Assembly (NCBI GenBank): GCA_964654125.1
Contig: CAZZGG010000001.1
Span: 16,821-74,825 of the forward strand
DNA: 58,005 bases
Source of the DNA: an uncultured Oscillospiraceae bacterium
GTDB taxonomy: Bacteria; Bacillota; Clostridia; Saccharofermentanales; UBA5734
Direction: 5' to 3'
Of this stretch, positions 54,625 through 58,005 are shown piece by piece. Every line of letters starts with the position of its first letter. The stretch's first letter is position 1. The notes under the pieces are model-generated. The model saw only the letters and a list, made by a program, of their open reading frames with translations. It searched no databases and had not been told where the DNA came from. The translations under genes were made by a program, and so were the position numbers.

Positions 54625-54656
54625 CAAAAGAAAGGACCCCGGCCGGGCCGGGGTCC
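54625..54656 (-). terminator. Rho-independent terminator of the solute-binding-protein gene
   Basis: 9-bp GC stem GGACCCCGG-CCGGG-CCGGGGTCC (54634-54656). On the minus strand it is followed by TTTCTTTTG. It lies 26 bp downstream of the stop at 54682. Confidence 0.7.
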
Positions 54657-54681
54657 TGCAAGATAAGTTAACTAGTCAATA

Positions 54682-56406
54682 TTACTTGGGCTGGGCATCG
54701 TACCAGTCGTTGACGTCCTTGGTATAGTCTTCGCCGCCGGCTGACATCCAGATATTAACGAACTCATCGAAGTAGTCTAGCGGTTTTTCACCAGTTATGA
54801 TCTGGATGAAAGTTTCTGCCTGGATTTTGTCGAGTTCCGCCTTGTTTTTGACCAGGGAAGGTGCTGTCCAGGTGAACTTATTTTTCAGGACACCGGTTGT
54901 CATCTTGTTGGCCGGGTCATCGGCGTAATCATAGCGGACTTTGAGAAATTGTTTATAGAGTGAGGGCAGGGGGACGATGTGGAAGAGGGTGTTACCACCG
55001 CGTTCAACGCCGGAAATCGGGTTGAGGCTCTTATAAGAGCCGTATTCGGTGTATTCCCAGTCGACATCCTTTTCGCCATAGACTGACCAGAGCAGGGTAT
55101 CAAGGTCGGTGCAGTTGACATAGGCCCACAGGTTGAGGATTTTACCGACTTTGTCCGGCTCTGTATCTGCCAGGTGAGAACCGAGGCCATAGAGCACACC
55201 CCAGTAGGTGGACTCAACAGCACGGGCCCTTTGCTTACCGTCAGGACCGACTAGTGGATCGCCAAAGATGTACTCATCCAGAGCATCTTCGCCGATCAGG
55301 TTGTAGATCTCGTTGAAGTTGGAGCTGGATTCTGGCAGCATGACAGTGTTGCCCTCATCATCTGTGGTAATGATTGAAGGGATGGTCCAGTGGTAGAAAT
55401 AGCCATGGCAGGAAAGACCAATTCTGCGCTCGTTGAAGGTGTGGGAGATGGCCCAGTAGCCACCCTTATTCTCAGAAGTGATGAATTCAGGATCAATGAT
55501 GCCTTCTTCATACCATTTGCTCAGGACGCCTAAGGCATCTTTGGCACCGGGACGGACAGCACCCCAGCTCAGTTTGCCATTGTCTTCGTGCCAGATGGTC
55601 TGGCCGAACTTATAACCGGAAGCATCAAAATAGTTGAAGATCAGCTGCATAGCTGTATCAGACATACCGTAGGTGTCATCCTTGCCATTGCCGTCCGGAT
55701 CATCAAATGTGAAAGCGTAAAGGGCTTCTTCAAACTCAGCAAAATCTGTGGGTGGTGTATCAAGACCGACCGCGTCCAGCCAGGCCTTGCGCCAGACGAT
55801 CGGAATATGATAGTCATCCAAATAAGACGGAGCGCCGACACTGTATCTTTTGCCGTCGATCAGGCCGTAGTCAAAAAAGCCAGGGATCTGATCATTCAGG
55901 CCATTCCACATTTCCGGAGCATACCTGATAAAGAGCTCGTCAGGCAGTTCAAGCAAGATACTGTCATCGACAAAAGTTGTGTACTGTTCGGCTGACCTTG
56001 TTTCAATAAAGTCATACTTGTCACCAGAGGCAATCCGCAGGGAAATATCGTTCTCATCGAAATAGTCCTGAATATCAAATTTGATGTTCAAGGCATCTTC
56101 AAAATGCCAGACAATGTTGGCATTATCCATATCAACTTGCTGGTTGCCTTGTTGTTTCTTGGCCCAGCTGATTTCATAGGTTTTGTCTTCGATCGGTGCG
56201 TAGATAGCATAGGGATCATCTTCGGGTGCTTCTGTGGTGGTTTCTGCCTGGCCGGCAGTGGTTTGTGTACCTTTGGCCGTTGTTGCTGCGGCAGTTGACT
56301 GCTGCGGGCTGGCAGTTGTTGTTGTCCCTGTGCAGGCTGCAAGACTGGAAATCAATAAGAAGAGTGCCAGTAGCAGGGTCATACTTTTTGCGAGATTACG
56401 CTTCAT
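54682..56406 (-). CDS. Extracellular solute-binding lipoprotein of a carbohydrate ABC transporter (LplA-like)
   Basis: 574 aa. Lipobox LAAC, a T/A/Q-rich linker, then a large family-1-type SBP body. Confidence 0.85.
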   Translation of the reverse strand: MKRNLAKSMTLLLALFLLISSLAACTGTTTTASPQQSTAAATTAKGTQTTAGQAETTTEAPEDDPYAIYAPIEDKTYEISWAKKQQGNQQVDMDNANIVWHFEDALNIKFDIQDYFDENDISLRIASGDKYDFIETRSAEQYTTFVDDSILLELPDELFIRYAPEMWNGLNDQIPGFFDYGLIDGKRYSVGAPSYLDDYHIPIVWRKAWLDAVGLDTPPTDFAEFEEALYAFTFDDPDGNGKDDTYGMSDTAMQLIFNYFDASGYKFGQTIWHEDNGKLSWGAVRPGAKDALGVLSKWYEEGIIDPEFITSENKGGYWAISHTFNERRIGLSCHGYFYHWTIPSIITTDDEGNTVMLPESSSNFNEIYNLIGEDALDEYIFGDPLVGPDGKQRARAVESTYWGVLYGLGSHLADTEPDKVGKILNLWAYVNCTDLDTLLWSVYGEKDVDWEYTEYGSYKSLNPISGVERGGNTLFHIVPLPSLYKQFLKVRYDYADDPANKMTTGVLKNKFTWTAPSLVKNKAELDKIQAETFIQIITGEKPLDYFDEFVNIWMSAGGEDYTKDVNDWYDAQPK

Positions 56407-56455
56407 AATCTGTTCCTCCTGTTTTTTATATATACAACCGCATGCGGTATGTATC

Positions 56456-57349
56456 CTAACCTTTTAAAGAGCCAACCAGGATGCCTTTAACAAAGTATTT
56501 TTGTAAGAAGGGGTAGACCAGGACAATAGGCACAGTACCCACGACAATAGTGGCCGCCTTAATGGCTTCCGGGGTATTGAGCTCAGGCCTGTCAATCCGG
56601 CCCCCTGCTTGCAGATCCTTGGTGGTACCGACAACGACGATGTTGCGCAAAACCACCTGCAGGACCTGGTTTTTGGGTTCGCGCATATAGATCATGCTGT
56701 CAAACCAGGAGTTCCAATGGCCGACCATCGACCACAAGGTGACGGTTGCCAGAATAGGCAGGGAAATAGGCAAAATAATACGTAAAACGATCTGGAAGTC
56801 ATTGGCCCCGTCCAGACGGGCTGATTCCTCCAGGCTCTCCGGTATCTCCATGAAGAAATTGCGCATGATCAGCATGGAGAAAGTCGGCACCAAACCAGGT
56901 AAGACCAGAGCCCAGATGGTATTCATCATATTAAGTGACTTGATCAGCATGTAATTGGGGATGAGTCCACCGCCAAAAAACATAGTGAAAACGAAAAAGG
57001 CTGTCCAGAAGGTGCGGTTGGGCAGATATCTTTTCGACAGGGGGTAGGCGCCCAGGACCAGCATGCAGACAGTCAGGCTGGTGCCAAGTGTGACCCGCTT
57101 GATGGTGTTGACAAAACCCCAGACGAAAAAGCGTGACTCAACCACCCGCAGGTAGGAATCCAAAGCAAAATTTTTAATGCTGAAAAGTTTAGAATCGGCA
57201 TAATAAGCTGTGCCCCCCATGGAAAGATGAATAATGAATAAAAAGGGATAAATGGTGATGGCGCAAACAAGCAGCAAAAAGATGAGAATCATGGTATCAC
57301 CAAAGATCTCAAAGGGGCTGTGCATTTTAAAATATCGTGTTTTCAGCAT
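56456..57349 (-). CDS. Carbohydrate ABC transporter permease (LplC-like)
   Basis: Start taken at ATG 57349 (GAGGAAGG RBS). EAA loop LEESARLDGANDFQIVLRIILP. C-terminal FLQKYFVKGILVGSLKG parallels the permease at 4929-5834. Confidence 0.85.
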   Translation of the reverse strand: MLKTRYFKMHSPFEIFGDTMILIFLLLVCAITIYPFLFIIHLSMGGTAYYADSKLFSIKNFALDSYLRVVESRFFVWGFVNTIKRVTLGTSLTVCMLVLGAYPLSKRYLPNRTFWTAFFVFTMFFGGGLIPNYMLIKSLNMMNTIWALVLPGLVPTFSMLIMRNFFMEIPESLEESARLDGANDFQIVLRIILPISLPILATVTLWSMVGHWNSWFDSMIYMREPKNQVLQVVLRNIVVVGTTKDLQAGGRIDRPELNTPEAIKAATIVVGTVPIVLVYPFLQKYFVKGILVGSLKG

Positions 57350-57365
57350 GACAGTACCGCCTTCC

Positions 57366-58005
57366 TCACCAGACACCATAGTCATTGATTCTTTTGGTGA
57401 TCCGGTTGGATATAAGGATCAGGGCAAAGCCGATCACATTCTTGAAAAGACCAACAGCTGTGGCAAAACCGTATTGCAACTGTTCTAAGCCAATCCGGTA
57501 GGTGTAGGTGCTGAGGACATCCGACACACTATAGACTGCTGCATTATAAAGATTAAAGATCTGGTCGAAGTCATCATTGAGGATGCCACCGACAGCAAAG
57601 ATGATCATGATGGATACGACCGGAAAGAGTGATGGCACCGAAATATAACGGGTCTGGGCAAAGCGGCTGGCACCATCGATGCGGGCTGCCTCATACTGTT
57701 CTGCTGGCACTGATGCCAAAGTGGCCAAATAAATGATTGAGGACCAGCCCAGTGACTTGAGAATAGAGGTCACCACCAGCACTGTGCGAAACCACTTTGT
57801 ATCGCTCAGGAAATAGATCGGTTTGATGCCGACTGACTTGAGAAATATGTTGATCGGTCCAGTGCTGGGTGAAAGGAGCTGAATTAAAATGCCGCTCAGG
57901 ACCACCCAGGACAAAAAATGCGGCAGATAGCTGACACCCTGAACAAACTTTTTGAACCGGACCAGGCGCACCTCATTGAGGATCAGGGCAAAGATGATTG
58001 GTGCA
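57366..58005 (-). CDS. Carbohydrate ABC transporter permease (LplB-like), N-terminus beyond the right window edge
   Basis: The frame stays open to base 58005 (…APIIFALILNEVRLVRFKKF…). EAA loop YEAARIDGASRFAQTRYISVP. Confidence 0.85.
   Translation of the reverse strand, partial: APIIFALILNEVRLVRFKKFVQGVSYLPHFLSWVVLSGILIQLLSPSTGPINIFLKSVGIKPIYFLSDTKWFRTVLVVTSILKSLGWSSIIYLATLASVPAEQYEAARIDGASRFAQTRYISVPSLFPVVSIMIIFAVGGILNDDFDQIFNLYNAAVYSVSDVLSTYTYRIGLEQLQYGFATAVGLFKNVIGFALILISNRITKRINDYGVW

Noticed and set aside
1-58005. Search for CRISPR arrays, tRNA/rRNA genes, IS elements, integrases, phage structural genes and toxin-antitoxin pairs
   Set aside because: I saw no regularly spaced direct repeats, no tRNA-like T-loop/acceptor patterns and no transposase, integrase or recombinase motifs in any listed ORF. 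The scan was by eye only, so short or degenerate elements could have been missed.

Overview
This 58-kb window is a tightly packed chromosomal segment from a moderately GC-rich bacterium. The SD-type RBSs, LplABC-type sugar transporters and Ctc-type L25 look Bacillota/Clostridia-like, but the taxon is inference only. I can support about 55 protein genes. By eye I recognised no rRNA, tRNA, CRISPR array, transposase, integrase or prophage genes.

Most of the window is accessory scavenging and catabolic modules:
- A TetR-headed 10-gene enzyme/permease operon (1-9605, minus strand).
- A SWIM-SNF2 helicase followed by two MDR dehydrogenases.
- An SH3/SleB-type cell-wall hydrolase.
- A kinase-methyltransferase fusion.
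- A phosphodiesterase/amidohydrolase/HAD group.
- Two cytoplasmic BNR (sialidase-fold) proteins. One is coupled to a Gfo/Idh/MocA oxidoreductase. The other is fused to a degenerate DapA/NanA-like domain.
- Two polar amino-acid ABC systems.
- A cytoplasmic Cys-type sulfatase and a stand-alone trpB.
- A divergent NagB-like / HAD / deoxyhypusine-synthase-like / HldA-like kinase / ROK locus.
- A LytTR plus membrane-protein pair.
- A D-aminoacylase/RidA/MFS group, rplY(ctc), and a second LplABC-type transporter running off the right edge.

The least explained stretch, and my best candidate for an undescribed system, is 33.07-38.36 kb. It holds a plus-strand operon of a minimal J-domain protein, a 411-aa protein (possibly NAT_N/GNAT_C-like) and two translationally coupled tandem paralogues of unknown function. 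This operon converges on an orphan JetD-like (DUF3322/DUF2220 Toprim) gene that has no JetABC partners.

All family assignments come from motif recognition in the supplied translations. No database search was run.
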